A DNA stretch of 46,243 nucleotides from a candidate division WOR-3 bacterium (GCA_039801565.1 JBDRUX010000006.1:1-46243), one strand, 5' to 3'; shown: positions 15,321 through 24,983, counted from the stretch's first letter. Notes: a model not told the origin generated them from the sequence alone. A program made the numbers and translations.

Positions 15321-17507
15321 ATGAAAAATTGGGCAAAGAAGACTTTTAAGTTAAAAGAAAAACATATCTTATTAGCATTATTGCTAATTGCGTTGTTGGG
15401 TTCGCAGTCAATCATCTATTCGGGCTATTCAGTTGGAGTTGATGCCTGGCCCCATTTTGTCCGGACCAAATTTATTTATGACTGGCTACGCAATGGCGAA
15501 TTTCCTTTCTTTTCATTTTTCTTTTATTCCGGTTATCCGGCTTTAAGATTTTATAGTCCGCTCCTTTATCTTATTGCTGGGTCTCTGGCTTGGCTTTTAG
15601 GGGGACAAGTCTTCTGGGCGATGAAAATAGTCCTCTTTTTAACCAATATCTTATCCGGTTTATTATTTTATTGGTGGCTAAAAGAGATTGGCAAAGATTC
15701 TTTTCAATCCTTTTTCGGTTCAATGGTTTATCTCTTAATCCCTTGGCGTATTCATTATGCAGCTGGAATTGGGACCTATCCGTTATTTCTAATTGCCGTT
15801 TTTCTTCCCCTGGCTTTTATTGCCCTGGAACGGTTGCTGAAAAACCCATCGCTCAAAAATAGTCTCTTCCTTGGTCTTATGCTATCTTTACTCATTCTTT
15901 CGCATTTAGTCTATGCGGTTTGGTCGTTTTTCTTTCTATTCCTGCGTTTTATCCTTTATTTGTTCAGCCAAGCCAATCGTTCCAAATTAAAAGCTTTTTT
16001 ATTCAGTTTGTTAGCCCTGTTGCTTACTTTTCTCAATTCCGCTTTTTTCTTGTTGCCATTCATCTTGAATTATAAGAATTATAGTTTTCCCCAAGTCTAT
16101 GAGAAATTACCAGTGCCTAATCCTTTAGTGCTTTTCGGCTTTTTATCCGAAACTGGTGGCTATACCGGCTTTTATTTGGGTTGGAGCATTATTTTGCTGA
16201 TTGGTTTGGCAATATATTTGCGAATTAGAAATAAAGAATTTTTTCAAGACATCGTTCCTATCGGATTGACAGTATCACTTCTTTTAACTTTTATTCCGGT
16301 CTTTTTACCGCGCGGTGAACCATTACTTACCGCTGGTCTACCACCGCAAAGATTTTTATTTTTCTTCGTCTTTTTTGCTGGCATATTAGCAATTGAGGGT
16401 TTTACTTTTTTAAAAGATAGGTTTTCCAATTTTTCGATGGTTGGTAAGGGAGCCTCTTATCTATTATTCCTAATCATTATTTTTGATTGTTTGCCCAGGA
16501 ACATTTTTCCAGCCTATCAGAGCCGAGAAGAACTTTTAGGATTACGCGATGAGATTTACGAAATCTTGAAAAGAGAACCAGTTGTAAAACTGGTTGATAT
16601 TGATATTCCAACCGAAGGAATTGATATTGTTCGGCGGATATGTAAGTTTCCTGCCTATGGTTTTTTGTTTGGAAATTGTCCAACGGTCTATGGTCCACCC
16701 TATCATCAGTTTGCACCCAAAAGTATGTTATATGTCTACCCTTGGATAAATCAACTCGCTTTTGACTTGGGTGATTCAACAACACCAGTCTTAAGTGAAA
16801 ATTCCTTAAAGATTATCCGTCTCTGCGGAATTAGCCACATAATTAGTCTGCCAACTTTATTAACCTGGGGGGCGGATTCGACAGTGGTTTGCCTAAAAGA
16901 TGGTCTAATCTGGGATAATCGTTTTATTCTTGCTGGGGCAAAACCACCCTTAGCGATTGGTGAATATCCCTATTCACCATTGTTTCTTGCCTCGAATGTC
17001 AAGAAACCACTACCAACCGAAACTGTTACCCAAGAAAAAAGTTTTTCAATTGCTGATGACTGGCAGACGCTTTTAGAAGCGATTGAGATAGACCATGAAA
17101 AAGGCTTTTGTAATTTTATACCGATTAAGGAGAATTCTCAGCAGCAAATTCTTGACGGCGAAGATCCGGAAATTGCGATAACCAATCTTGCCTTGACCCA
17201 CAGTAAAGTCGAGGCCGAACTACTCGCTTCTAAGGATTGTTTTTTACGCGTCGCATTGAGTTATTATCCTGAATTACAACTTCGATTAGATGACAAAAAC
17301 ATTCCGTTGGAAGAGACCAAAGACCATTTTATAACCTTTTTCTGTCCAGCTGGTCGCCACAATATTAAAATAAGTAAATGTTGGAATCCCTTTGAGAAAT
17401 ATGCATTTTATCTCTCTCTTTTCTCAATTGGGCTGTCACTTGTTCTTTTTATACCGAGGAACTATTCTAAAACCCAAAAACAAAAAATCGGAGATATTCC
17501 GAAATGA
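15321..17507 (+). CDS. GT-C-like multipass membrane protein (PTPS-related/YfhO-like)
   Basis: TM1 then D-x-x-P-H loop, 'YSGYPALRFYSPL', many TMs, C-terminal 'SYYP..L.LDD..G.H.I.I' YfhO-like tail; start 15321 or 15297. Confidence 0.7.
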   Translation: MKNWAKKTFKLKEKHILLALLLIALLGSQSIIYSGYSVGVDAWPHFVRTKFIYDWLRNGEFPFFSFFFYSGYPALRFYSPLLYLIAGSLAWLLGGQVFWAMKIVLFLTNILSGLLFYWWLKEIGKDSFQSFFGSMVYLLIPWRIHYAAGIGTYPLFLIAVFLPLAFIALERLLKNPSLKNSLFLGLMLSLLILSHLVYAVWSFFFLFLRFILYLFSQANRSKLKAFLFSLLALLLTFLNSAFFLLPFILNYKNYSFPQVYEKLPVPNPLVLFGFLSETGGYTGFYLGWSIILLIGLAIYLRIRNKEFFQDIVPIGLTVSLLLTFIPVFLPRGEPLLTAGLPPQRFLFFFVFFAGILAIEGFTFLKDRFSNFSMVGKGASYLLFLIIIFDCLPRNIFPAYQSREELLGLRDEIYEILKREPVVKLVDIDIPTEGIDIVRRICKFPAYGFLFGNCPTVYGPPYHQFAPKSMLYVYPWINQLAFDLGDSTTPVLSENSLKIIRLCGISHIISLPTLLTWGADSTVVCLKDGLIWDNRFILAGAKPPLAIGEYPYSPLFLASNVKKPLPTETVTQEKSFSIADDWQTLLEAIEIDHEKGFCNFIPIKENSQQQILDGEDPEIAITNLALTHSKVEAELLASKDCFLRVALSYYPELQLRLDDKNIPLEETKDHFITFFCPAGRHNIKISKCWNPFEKYAFYLSLFSIGLSLVLFIPRNYSKTQKQKIGDIPK

Positions 17508-19354
17508 CAAAAAGAGAATTCCTCATTTTATTTGTCGTATTTTCAATCCTCTTTGTTCTGCCAGTTTGGTTGGTTGAATTCTTACCATTTGTTGATTTAC
17601 CTCAACACTTAAATTTTGTCCACATTTTAAGGAATTACCATAATCCTAAGTTGCATTACAATAAAATTTATGTGCTTCGACTCTTTCCAACCCATAATAC
17701 TTTCCATCTTTTTTTCAATTATCTTTTAAGTTTTCTTTTTCCGTTAGCGATTGCTAATAAGATTTATCTCACAATCTCGATTTTATTGTTTCCATTAGCA
17801 CTTTGGTTTTTAATTAAACAATTAGGGGGTAATGAACAATTTGCTCTTTTGGGTTTTCTCTTTTCTTACAACTATAATCTTTTCTGGGGTTTTTTAGGGG
17901 TCAATGTTGGTATTCCATTAATTCTATTTTTAATTGGTTTAGAAATATCTTCGCTAACGCGCGACCGGGTCGAGTTTAACCTTTTATTAATGACAATCTT
18001 ATTCGTTATGCTCTTTCTTTGTCATTCTCTGGTCTATATCTTCTCAGTCGTTGTCTATTTGGTTATTTTACTGTTTAATCTTAAACTGCTACCTTGGCGT
18101 AAACGAATTTCCTTGACTCTGCCCTTTATCATCTCTTTTGTCATAACTTTTCTTCCCTGGCAGGCAAAGCAATTTCGTGGGGAAGGCAGTGAATTACAAG
18201 AACAGGTGCGACAATATATTTCACCTTCCGCTCTATGGCAAAACATTATGAATCTTTTTCAACGAATTGGGATTAAAACTGACCAGAGTTTGATTTTTAT
18301 TTTCAAAATTACATTCATCCTTGCCATCCTCACTACTTTTAATTTGATAAGACAAAAAGGGGTAAGGCAATTATGGAAAAATAATTATCGCATGATTTTT
18401 TTATTTATTTTAATTACTCTTATCTTTTATTTATTCTTTCCTGGAGAATATACCGAAGCGGTTTTTTTGAATGAAAGATTTGCACCCCTACTCTTTCTGT
18501 TATTCATCACTTTACTTGCCCTCAATTTCTCAAATTTAAATAATCGGATATTGCGGTATATTTTAATTTTAATTCCTATTTTGGTTGGAATAAATATCCT
18601 GGTAAGATTTATTTTATTTGGGATTGATACTAAAGACCTAAAAGCGATGATTTCCCGATTGAATGAGAGAGGAAAGTTGGTGGGGTTGTTTTATCAGCGA
18701 CGGCCCAAACCCGATTATTTTGGTTACGATGTTTATATCCATTTCCCGTGTTATTATCAAATTTATCGGCAGGGGTTATGCGGATTTTCTTTCGCCTATA
18801 TTCGTTATTCGCCAATCGTCTATGAAGAGCCCAATCCATTGCCCCGGATTGATGAATGGACGACTTGGAACTCAATTTTCCCAAATAATTGGACAATCTA
18901 TGACTATTTTTTGGTGTACGGTGAACCGAGACTTCAAGATGAAGATATTATAAAAAAATGGCGTAAAGTCGAAGAAAAAGGAAACTGGCGCATCTACGAA
19001 AATTTACCCGTCAAGAAAGCGTGGGAGGAAATAAACAATTGGTTAAGTCAAAAAGACTTATCTAAATACAATCGTATCCTTATTCCACCATTCGTTGATG
19101 AGAAATTCATTCAAATCCCTACACATCTAAAACGGTTTGATTATCAAACAGTAGCGAAAATGATTTTAACCAAGAGAATTTCCGCTAGTGACATTTTCCC
19201 ATGTTTGGCAATCTGGCTAAAAGATGATAATCGCGATTATGCTGAGATATTTGGTTATATGAATACCAATGAGACATTCAATATTCTTGAGTATCAATTC
19301 ACCCCAATTTACAATTCAACTAAGGGTTATTTGATAATCTATGATATCCGATGA
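17504..19354 (+). CDS. GT-C-like multipass membrane protein
   Basis: 'LPFVDLPQH' loop after TM1, ~11 TMs, soluble C-terminal domain. Confidence 0.6.
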   Translation: MTKREFLILFVVFSILFVLPVWLVEFLPFVDLPQHLNFVHILRNYHNPKLHYNKIYVLRLFPTHNTFHLFFNYLLSFLFPLAIANKIYLTISILLFPLALWFLIKQLGGNEQFALLGFLFSYNYNLFWGFLGVNVGIPLILFLIGLEISSLTRDRVEFNLLLMTILFVMLFLCHSLVYIFSVVVYLVILLFNLKLLPWRKRISLTLPFIISFVITFLPWQAKQFRGEGSELQEQVRQYISPSALWQNIMNLFQRIGIKTDQSLIFIFKITFILAILTTFNLIRQKGVRQLWKNNYRMIFLFILITLIFYLFFPGEYTEAVFLNERFAPLLFLLFITLLALNFSNLNNRILRYILILIPILVGINILVRFILFGIDTKDLKAMISRLNERGKLVGLFYQRRPKPDYFGYDVYIHFPCYYQIYRQGLCGFSFAYIRYSPIVYEEPNPLPRIDEWTTWNSIFPNNWTIYDYFLVYGEPRLQDEDIIKKWRKVEEKGNWRIYENLPVKKAWEEINNWLSQKDLSKYNRILIPPFVDEKFIQIPTHLKRFDYQTVAKMILTKRISASDIFPCLAIWLKDDNRDYAEIFGYMNTNETFNILEYQFTPIYNSTKGYLIIYDIR

Positions 19355-20916
19355 ATAGTGGAACGAAAAATGTTTTGGTTGGCAAAAGGATATTTATGAA
19401 GTGGCAAAGGCTATGTTTAATTATCTCGCCAATCGTAATAATTTTAATTTCGTTAATTTTTCTCAAGGCTAATCCCAATTTAGAGTTCGTTTTTGATGAT
19501 AGTTATATCACCCTACAATTTGCTAAGAATTTTTTTGTAAAGAAAGGTTTGACTTTTGATGGAACCCACTACAATCTTGGTGCAACCAGTCCATTACATA
19601 TCTTTTTACTCGCACTATTTAACAAAGTAGTTCATAATTTGCATCTAACTGCTATCTTTTTAGGAATATTATCATTTCTTGGACTATTTTACGCAACCTT
19701 TTTTTATGCTAAGATATTATTTAATAATTGGCGGTATTCAGTTCTCATCGCCTTTTTGACGATTACAACTGGTTGGCTTTACTTTGATGCCCTTTCCGGA
19801 ATGGAGACGGTTCTTTTCATTGCATTTTTGGTTTTTACCTTTTATCTCTTTGAACGAAGAAATTTATTCTATTCGATTCCCTTGGGGCTTGCAATTTTAA
19901 CTCGACCCGAAGGCTGGTTTCTATTTCTCGCGCTGCTCTCTTATCAGTTTTTACGCCTTTTTCTTAAACAGAATGTTAGTTTGCTCAAAGAAATTCTAAT
20001 CCCAACGATAATAACGGTCCTTATCGTCTTTCCTTATCTTTTTTCCAATCTCAAAAGTATTGGCAGCTTCCTACCCAATACTGCAATGAGCAAGACATTA
20101 TTCTTTGGTGAAATCGGACTACCCTTTAAAACAAAATTAGATTTTTTCTTTAACGGCTTAAAGTTATTCTATACTAATTTTATTTATCCACTTTTCTTTC
20201 TGCTTTTTATTTTCTTGCCCTTTGCAAGAGAAATTTATTCACGATTCTATCTTTTAATTTTCCTTTTACTTTTTTATCTTTCTTATCTTTTACTTTTCCC
20301 GGGCAGTACTGGTCATTATTGGTGTCGGTATCAACACATTTTCTACCCCTTGGTAATTTTTATTATTGCTGAGGGCTTTTATAAATTTTTAAAATATTAC
20401 GAGCACCGACTCGGTTCCGAAAAATCATCGTCACTTGTCCGGAAAGTAATCTTAACCTGTTCCCTTTTATTCTTGATTGGCGTAAATCAGTTCTTTTCCT
20501 TAACAAAAGCCCAAACGACATACGAGCGGTCAATAAAAAGTACCGAAGAGACTTTGGTCAATTTAGCCAATTATTTCAAGACGATGACCCCAGCTGATGC
20601 CATAATTGCTACTCATGATATCGGTGTCCTTGGTTATTATTCCGAACGGAGAATAAACGATTTGGTCGGATTAGTAAACCCTGAGATGACTCAATTTTAT
20701 CGCCAATCTGGCTCAAATTTACCAATTCCTTTTTCGCAGCGGGATATTTTAGACTATGTGCGAGAAAAAAGTGACTTCTTAGTTATCTTTGATTTCTTTA
20801 AATTATTTCTGAATATTAATCCAGATACTTTACCGGATGAATTTATCTTTTTAGGCGAAACAACACCTGTCTATGGTGTAAACCATAAGTATCGTATTTA
20901 TGGTATCGTAAAATAG
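19351..20916 (+). CDS. GT-C glycosyltransferase (ArnT/arabinofuranosyltransferase-like)
   Basis: DDSYI acidic motif after TM1, GATSPL, SGMET, LTRPEG, DIGVLGY..DLVGL. Confidence 0.75.
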   Translation: MNSGTKNVLVGKRIFMKWQRLCLIISPIVIILISLIFLKANPNLEFVFDDSYITLQFAKNFFVKKGLTFDGTHYNLGATSPLHIFLLALFNKVVHNLHLTAIFLGILSFLGLFYATFFYAKILFNNWRYSVLIAFLTITTGWLYFDALSGMETVLFIAFLVFTFYLFERRNLFYSIPLGLAILTRPEGWFLFLALLSYQFLRLFLKQNVSLLKEILIPTIITVLIVFPYLFSNLKSIGSFLPNTAMSKTLFFGEIGLPFKTKLDFFFNGLKLFYTNFIYPLFFLLFIFLPFAREIYSRFYLLIFLLLFYLSYLLLFPGSTGHYWCRYQHIFYPLVIFIIAEGFYKFLKYYEHRLGSEKSSSLVRKVILTCSLLFLIGVNQFFSLTKAQTTYERSIKSTEETLVNLANYFKTMTPADAIIATHDIGVLGYYSERRINDLVGLVNPEMTQFYRQSGSNLPIPFSQRDILDYVREKSDFLVIFDFFKLFLNINPDTLPDEFIFLGETTPVYGVNHKYRIYGIVK

Positions 20917-20919
20917 TAT

Positions 20920-21993
20920 TTAATAACTGGCAAAAAGTTTACCCCAATCTGTCTTGCTGAATTCTTTTATCCGCCTTTTCCCAATTATTGGATACCAGAG
21001 GTAATCGTGGTAAATATTGGAGGCGGCTGGTGCCCAGACCCAAAGCGGTGAGTGTAGGGCAATCCTCTTGAAAGGTCTTAAGAAGCCTTTGCGCAGCATC
21101 TGGTCACCCCAAATAACAAAACTCCGTTTGGTCTTAAAATGAAAATTGACTTCGGATATATCATCGCCAATTATTTCAATCTGGTTGAAATTGGCATTGC
21201 CCAATCCCATCTCACTCGCCATCCGAAGATAAGGAATTTGTAATGGGTCAAATCCCATCATTTTAGCGGCTACGGCATCAATTGCCACTTGGTCAAAGGA
21301 AGCTAAGATATAATTCCCAATAAATGGTTTCATCGTGCGTGGTCCTGCCCCGTCACCACAAACCGTTCCGTCCATCACTGCTAAAATGGTCTTGTGAATC
21401 TCTTTTTGCATTAACAATAAATCAACCATCACTTCGTGAATAAATTCGTGCCCGTAATGGCGAACTTCTTTTAATAAGCCACCAAAGGCATTTTTAATCG
21501 CTCCAGTGGTAATGGTGTGGCCATGAGTTTTAACAGTTGGCAGATGAATAATACTTTTACCAGGAAACATCTTGGGAATTTCAATTCCTTCTGGAAAAAT
21601 TTCGTGAAGTTTTAATAATTTAGTTTTAAAGGAATATTTTATCCATTCGACTTCCGGCAAAGCGGTAAATTTAAGTCCATATTTTTCTAAAACCCCAAGC
21701 CATTTATTTTGCCTTGCCCCTTCCCAAGGTTTAGTGACGACTGTCTTATTCTCGACTGGAAAAAGTTTTTTTGGGTTAAAGCCATCGGCTAATAAGGTTT
21801 TAACCACGCCTTCTAACTGCCAAGGTTGGGAAGAACAGGCAGGAAAATACTTGGTCCACGACAAATTCAATTTTATTAAAATTTCCTCTTCTGTAGAAAA
21901 ATAATCTCGATATCGAACTAAATAAAGGAGTCGCCGATAATCCTCTAATATCGTCTCAGGACTAGTCTTAAGAACCGCAACTTGGGATTTCAT
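20920..21993 (-). CDS. DUF362 family protein
   Basis: LIKLNL, LPTVKTH, TGAIKNAFG, DQVAIDA; start 21993 overlaps the upstream stop (ATGA). Confidence 0.85.
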   Translation of the reverse strand: MKSQVAVLKTSPETILEDYRRLLYLVRYRDYFSTEEEILIKLNLSWTKYFPACSSQPWQLEGVVKTLLADGFNPKKLFPVENKTVVTKPWEGARQNKWLGVLEKYGLKFTALPEVEWIKYSFKTKLLKLHEIFPEGIEIPKMFPGKSIIHLPTVKTHGHTITTGAIKNAFGGLLKEVRHYGHEFIHEVMVDLLLMQKEIHKTILAVMDGTVCGDGAGPRTMKPFIGNYILASFDQVAIDAVAAKMMGFDPLQIPYLRMASEMGLGNANFNQIEIIGDDISEVNFHFKTKRSFVIWGDQMLRKGFLRPFKRIALHSPLWVWAPAASNIYHDYLWYPIIGKRRIKEFSKTDWGKLFASY

Positions 21994-22865
21994 TTTATTA
22001 TATAAATTATAAGTAAAATACTTAAAAACCAAGCGAGGACACTAACAATTAAAGGTTTGTCTTCTAAAAGGACTCGTTCAGGACTGCCACCCATCTGTTT
22101 TTGATAAATGAGATAGAGATAGCGAAAAATACCATAAAGGACAAAAGGAATCGTCAAGACTAAATTTTTGGAGTGAAATTTAGTGATAGTCTCGGGGGCA
22201 ATTGTATAGATTGAATAGGCGATAATGGTTGCCGCAGTTACGATTGAAATCAACTGGTCGAGGAGCAGTTTTGAATATTGTCCCAAAACCGTCCGATGGG
22301 AGAATCCACCATTATCCAGGTAAACCAGTTCATGGCGGCGTTTGCTGATAGCTAAGAATAACGCCAAAAGGATTGAACATAAGAAAAGCCATACGGAAAT
22401 TTCAACGGCAATAACCACGGTGCCAGCAAAGGTCCTTAGGGCAAAACCGGTCGCAACAATTATTACATCCAAAATAACAATCTTCTTGAAGAAGAAAGAA
22501 TAAGCAATCATCAAAAGAAAATAAGATAAGGCAACGAGAAAAAATGAGAAATTTAAGAAATAGGCAGAGATTAATGCAATTAGAACTAAAATGATTGCGC
22601 AGATGATTGCGATATTTACTTTGAATCTTCCTGCAGCGATTGGTCTTTTCGATTTTTCAGGATGTTTCTGGTCCGCCTTGCGGTCAACAATGTCATTAAT
22701 AATATATACGACTCCAGATAAAAGACAAAAGACAATGAAGGCGGCGATTGACTTTAACAAATAATTAACCTTTAAAAAATTCTGCGAAAAAATGACACCA
22801 GCAAATATAATTAAGTTCTTTGACCATTGTTTTGGTCTTAGAGTCAAAATTAAATTTTTAATCAT
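21990..22865 (-). CDS. Polyprenyl-phosphate phosphoribosyltransferase (DPPR-synthase type, UbiA superfamily)
   Basis: LRPKQWSKNL, YIINDIVD..D..HP.K..RPIAAG, KRRHEL, GIFRYLYL..GGSPE. Confidence 0.88.
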   Translation of the reverse strand: MIKNLILTLRPKQWSKNLIIFAGVIFSQNFLKVNYLLKSIAAFIVFCLLSGVVYIINDIVDRKADQKHPEKSKRPIAAGRFKVNIAIICAIILVLIALISAYFLNFSFFLVALSYFLLMIAYSFFFKKIVILDVIIVATGFALRTFAGTVVIAVEISVWLFLCSILLALFLAISKRRHELVYLDNGGFSHRTVLGQYSKLLLDQLISIVTAATIIAYSIYTIAPETITKFHSKNLVLTIPFVLYGIFRYLYLIYQKQMGGSPERVLLEDKPLIVSVLAWFLSILLIIYIIK

Positions 22866-22871
22866 AAAAAT

Positions 22872-22900
22872 ATGATACCTTAAAATTTCGATTCTGTCAA
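22872..22900 (-). promoter_or_regulatory. Promoter TTGACA-17-TATCAT, 6 nt before ATG 22865
   Basis: Direct motif match. Confidence 0.7.
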
Positions 22901-22904
22901 ACAG

Positions 22905-23046
22905 ACTTTTCTATTTTCTAAATGAGAAAAATAAAACTTTGACTTAAGACTTTAAGCTTAATTTTTCGCTAACTTCTCGTTGGGTTAAATTACTTTTTTT
23001 CGCAATTCCTTAAACTTTTCTGCCATTTCTTGAGAAAAAACAACAT
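22905..23046 (-). pseudogene. XRE-family HTH gene fragment (module copy 2)
   Basis: With small frameshifts reads MLFFSQEMAEKFKELRKKSNLTQREVSEKLSLKS.SQSFI.SHLENRK, a typical XRE helix pattern; truncated at the UbiA-gene promoter. Confidence 0.7.
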
Positions 23047-23113
23047 CACAAAAGGTTACTTAAAAGTAACGCAAAAATCAAGCCGAAATTTCTTTTAACT
23101 ATTTGATATTTAA
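23035..23113. promoter_or_regulatory. Conserved leader of the 12-mer module, copy 2: minus-strand TTGATT-17-TAACCT promoter, palindrome GTTACTT-AA-AAGTAAC (23055-23070), IHF consensus TAACTATTTGATA (23096-23108)
   Basis: 73/79 identity with copy 1; exact match to YAANNNNTTGATW. Confidence 0.7.
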
Positions 23114-23151
23114 TTTCTTATATTTAATTTATCTATGGGAGGGGGTATCGT

Positions 23152-23367
23152 ATAGGGGGTAGCCCCGTAGGCTACCCCCTAAGTTACCCCGTAGGTTGCT
23201 TGGGGAGTAGCCTCGGAAGCAGGTTCGGGGGTTGGTTAGGGAGCAAATTCGGGAGCTGGTTCGGGGGCAACCGCGGAAGCGACTCGGTAGGCAACTTGGG
23301 AAGCAACCTCGAGGGTAAGCTCGGAAGCTACTCCCTAAGTTACTTGGGGCGCTGGTTCGTAGGCTGG
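23152..23367. repeat. G-rich degenerate 12-bp tandem array, 18 units, copy 2
   Basis: Units e.g. CCCGTAGGCTAC, CTCGGAAGCAGG, TTCGGGGGCAAC, TTGGGAAGCAAC; about 72% identical to copy 1 over units 1-17, no indels. Confidence 0.9.
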
Positions 23368-23466
23368 CAACCAGGTCTTTTTTGAACCTGTCAACTCTGA
23401 TTTATGGCTTCGGGCTAATAGTAATTTAGACTATGGATACCGGATTTCAATACTAACACTTTCACT

Positions 23467-24090
23467 TTACTTAATATTATATCCCACTACCGCTCCTAAC
23501 GGCGGAGCAGCCAATAAAACTCCTAAAGGAAAGCCTGAAACTTTTTTTTCTAATGCAATTGCTGATATACCAACAAGGCATCCGGCTCCTGCTCCAAGTG
23601 CTGCTTTCCACCAACTATGGTTCCCATTTAATAAACTTCCAACTGCCCAGGTGCAAGTACTTGTGAGCAACAAGTTTCCAATTGTGTAACCGATTAATGC
23701 ACGCTCAATACTGTATGGCGGGTTATCGAACAAAATCCCGGAACAGAAAATTCCAATATTAAATGAAACATACATTCCAACGCCAGCTCCTATAAGTTCT
23801 AAGGTATAAATCCCCGCTTTTTGCCAAAACGGAGTCTTGTTTTCTCTAAATTCTTCAATATTTGAGTTATAATTATTAAGAAGATTTTGCTGCTTTCTGG
23901 TTGATAAAGTATGGGAATCTAATTTCTCGTTCCAAAAGGCACTTCCTAAATGGTGGGAATAAACTAAGGGCAGCTTTAAAGGAACCCTCTGGGAAAACAC
24001 CGACTCCTTCGCATAACCGAAACAAAAGAAAGATGTTATCAAAAAGCAGAAAGTAATGGTCGAGCGGTTATTAGCTTTTCTTTCTACCAT
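23467..24090 (-). CDS. Hypothetical exported/membrane protein with Gly-rich hydrophobic C-terminal helices
   Basis: Signal-like N-terminus, several Gly-rich hydrophobic segments. Confidence 0.6.
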   Translation of the reverse strand: MVERKANNRSTITFCFLITSFFCFGYAKESVFSQRVPLKLPLVYSHHLGSAFWNEKLDSHTLSTRKQQNLLNNYNSNIEEFRENKTPFWQKAGIYTLELIGAGVGMYVSFNIGIFCSGILFDNPPYSIERALIGYTIGNLLLTSTCTWAVGSLLNGNHSWWKAALGAGAGCLVGISAIALEKKVSGFPLGVLLAAPPLGAVVGYNIK

Positions 24091-24132
24091 TAAAATTAGC
24101 TTCTTTCTTATGATTTTTACCTCACATCGCAG

Positions 24133-24983
24133 TTATTTAAGCTTTATAATTTTTTTTATCAATGTTGAACCACCGGTTTTTAAATTAAGGAAATAGGCGC
24201 CGGCTTGGAGATTCTTACCTTCATTGTCGGTTCCGTCCCATTGAAACATTTGGAGACCGTTAACTTGTTTGCCGATAAAGAGTAATTTTACTTCCTTACC
24301 CGAACTGTCATAGATACTTAGTTGAACCATTGCAGATTTAGGCAGATTATATATTATTTTAACGTCTTTGTTAAATAAAACGGGTAAAATTTTAAGAGGT
24401 AAGCCTATTACATCAGGGGTCGTAGTTCTTCCATCCCAAGTCCACGTGAAAACCAAACATCGTTTTTTACATATGCACAGGCAATCCCACCAATCACCCA
24501 TATCCTATTGTCAAAAACAACTGATGTGTGACTACCTCTTGATAACCAGCCGGCTGATTCGGTTGCACAAGTCCAATTCACACCATCGGTTGAATACCAA
24601 ACATCATTTCCAAGTCTATTGTAAATTGCTCCGCCTATCACCCATATCCTATCGTCAAAAACAACCGATGTGTGCGCTGCTCTCCACGGCCATCCCGCTG
24701 AGTCAGTCGCTAATATCCAATTCACACCATCGGTTGAATACCAGACATCTCTAGTAAAATTTCCATACTCATGGTCACCTCCAAGAACCCAAATTTTATT
24801 GTTAAAGACCACGGAGGAGTGAAGATATCTTGGAGGCCAGCCCGCCGAATCGGTGGCACAAATCCATTCCATTTGAGCAAATAAGAAAACAGGTAACAGA
24901 AAACCGCTGGCGAAAAGAATTGCAAAAATCCATGCCTTGCAATTTTGGGCTGCACTTCTCAAAAAAATTAAAACTTCCTTCAT
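24133..24983 (-). pseudogene. Secreted kelch-like repeat protein with FlgD-Ig/T9SS-like C-terminal domain, split by a frameshift near 24425
   Basis: Signal peptide, three ~48-aa 'SAGW..R..H.SVVF..IWV.GG..DVW.S' repeats, G-M-E-E linker, then in another frame LSIYDSSGKEV..WDGTDNEG..GAYF..KIIK. Confidence 0.75.

Noticed and set aside
23200..23385. 61-aa Gly/Ser-rich ORF on the plus strand
   Set aside because: It is the translation of the array with a TTG start and no RBS; the same frame has two stops in copy 1.
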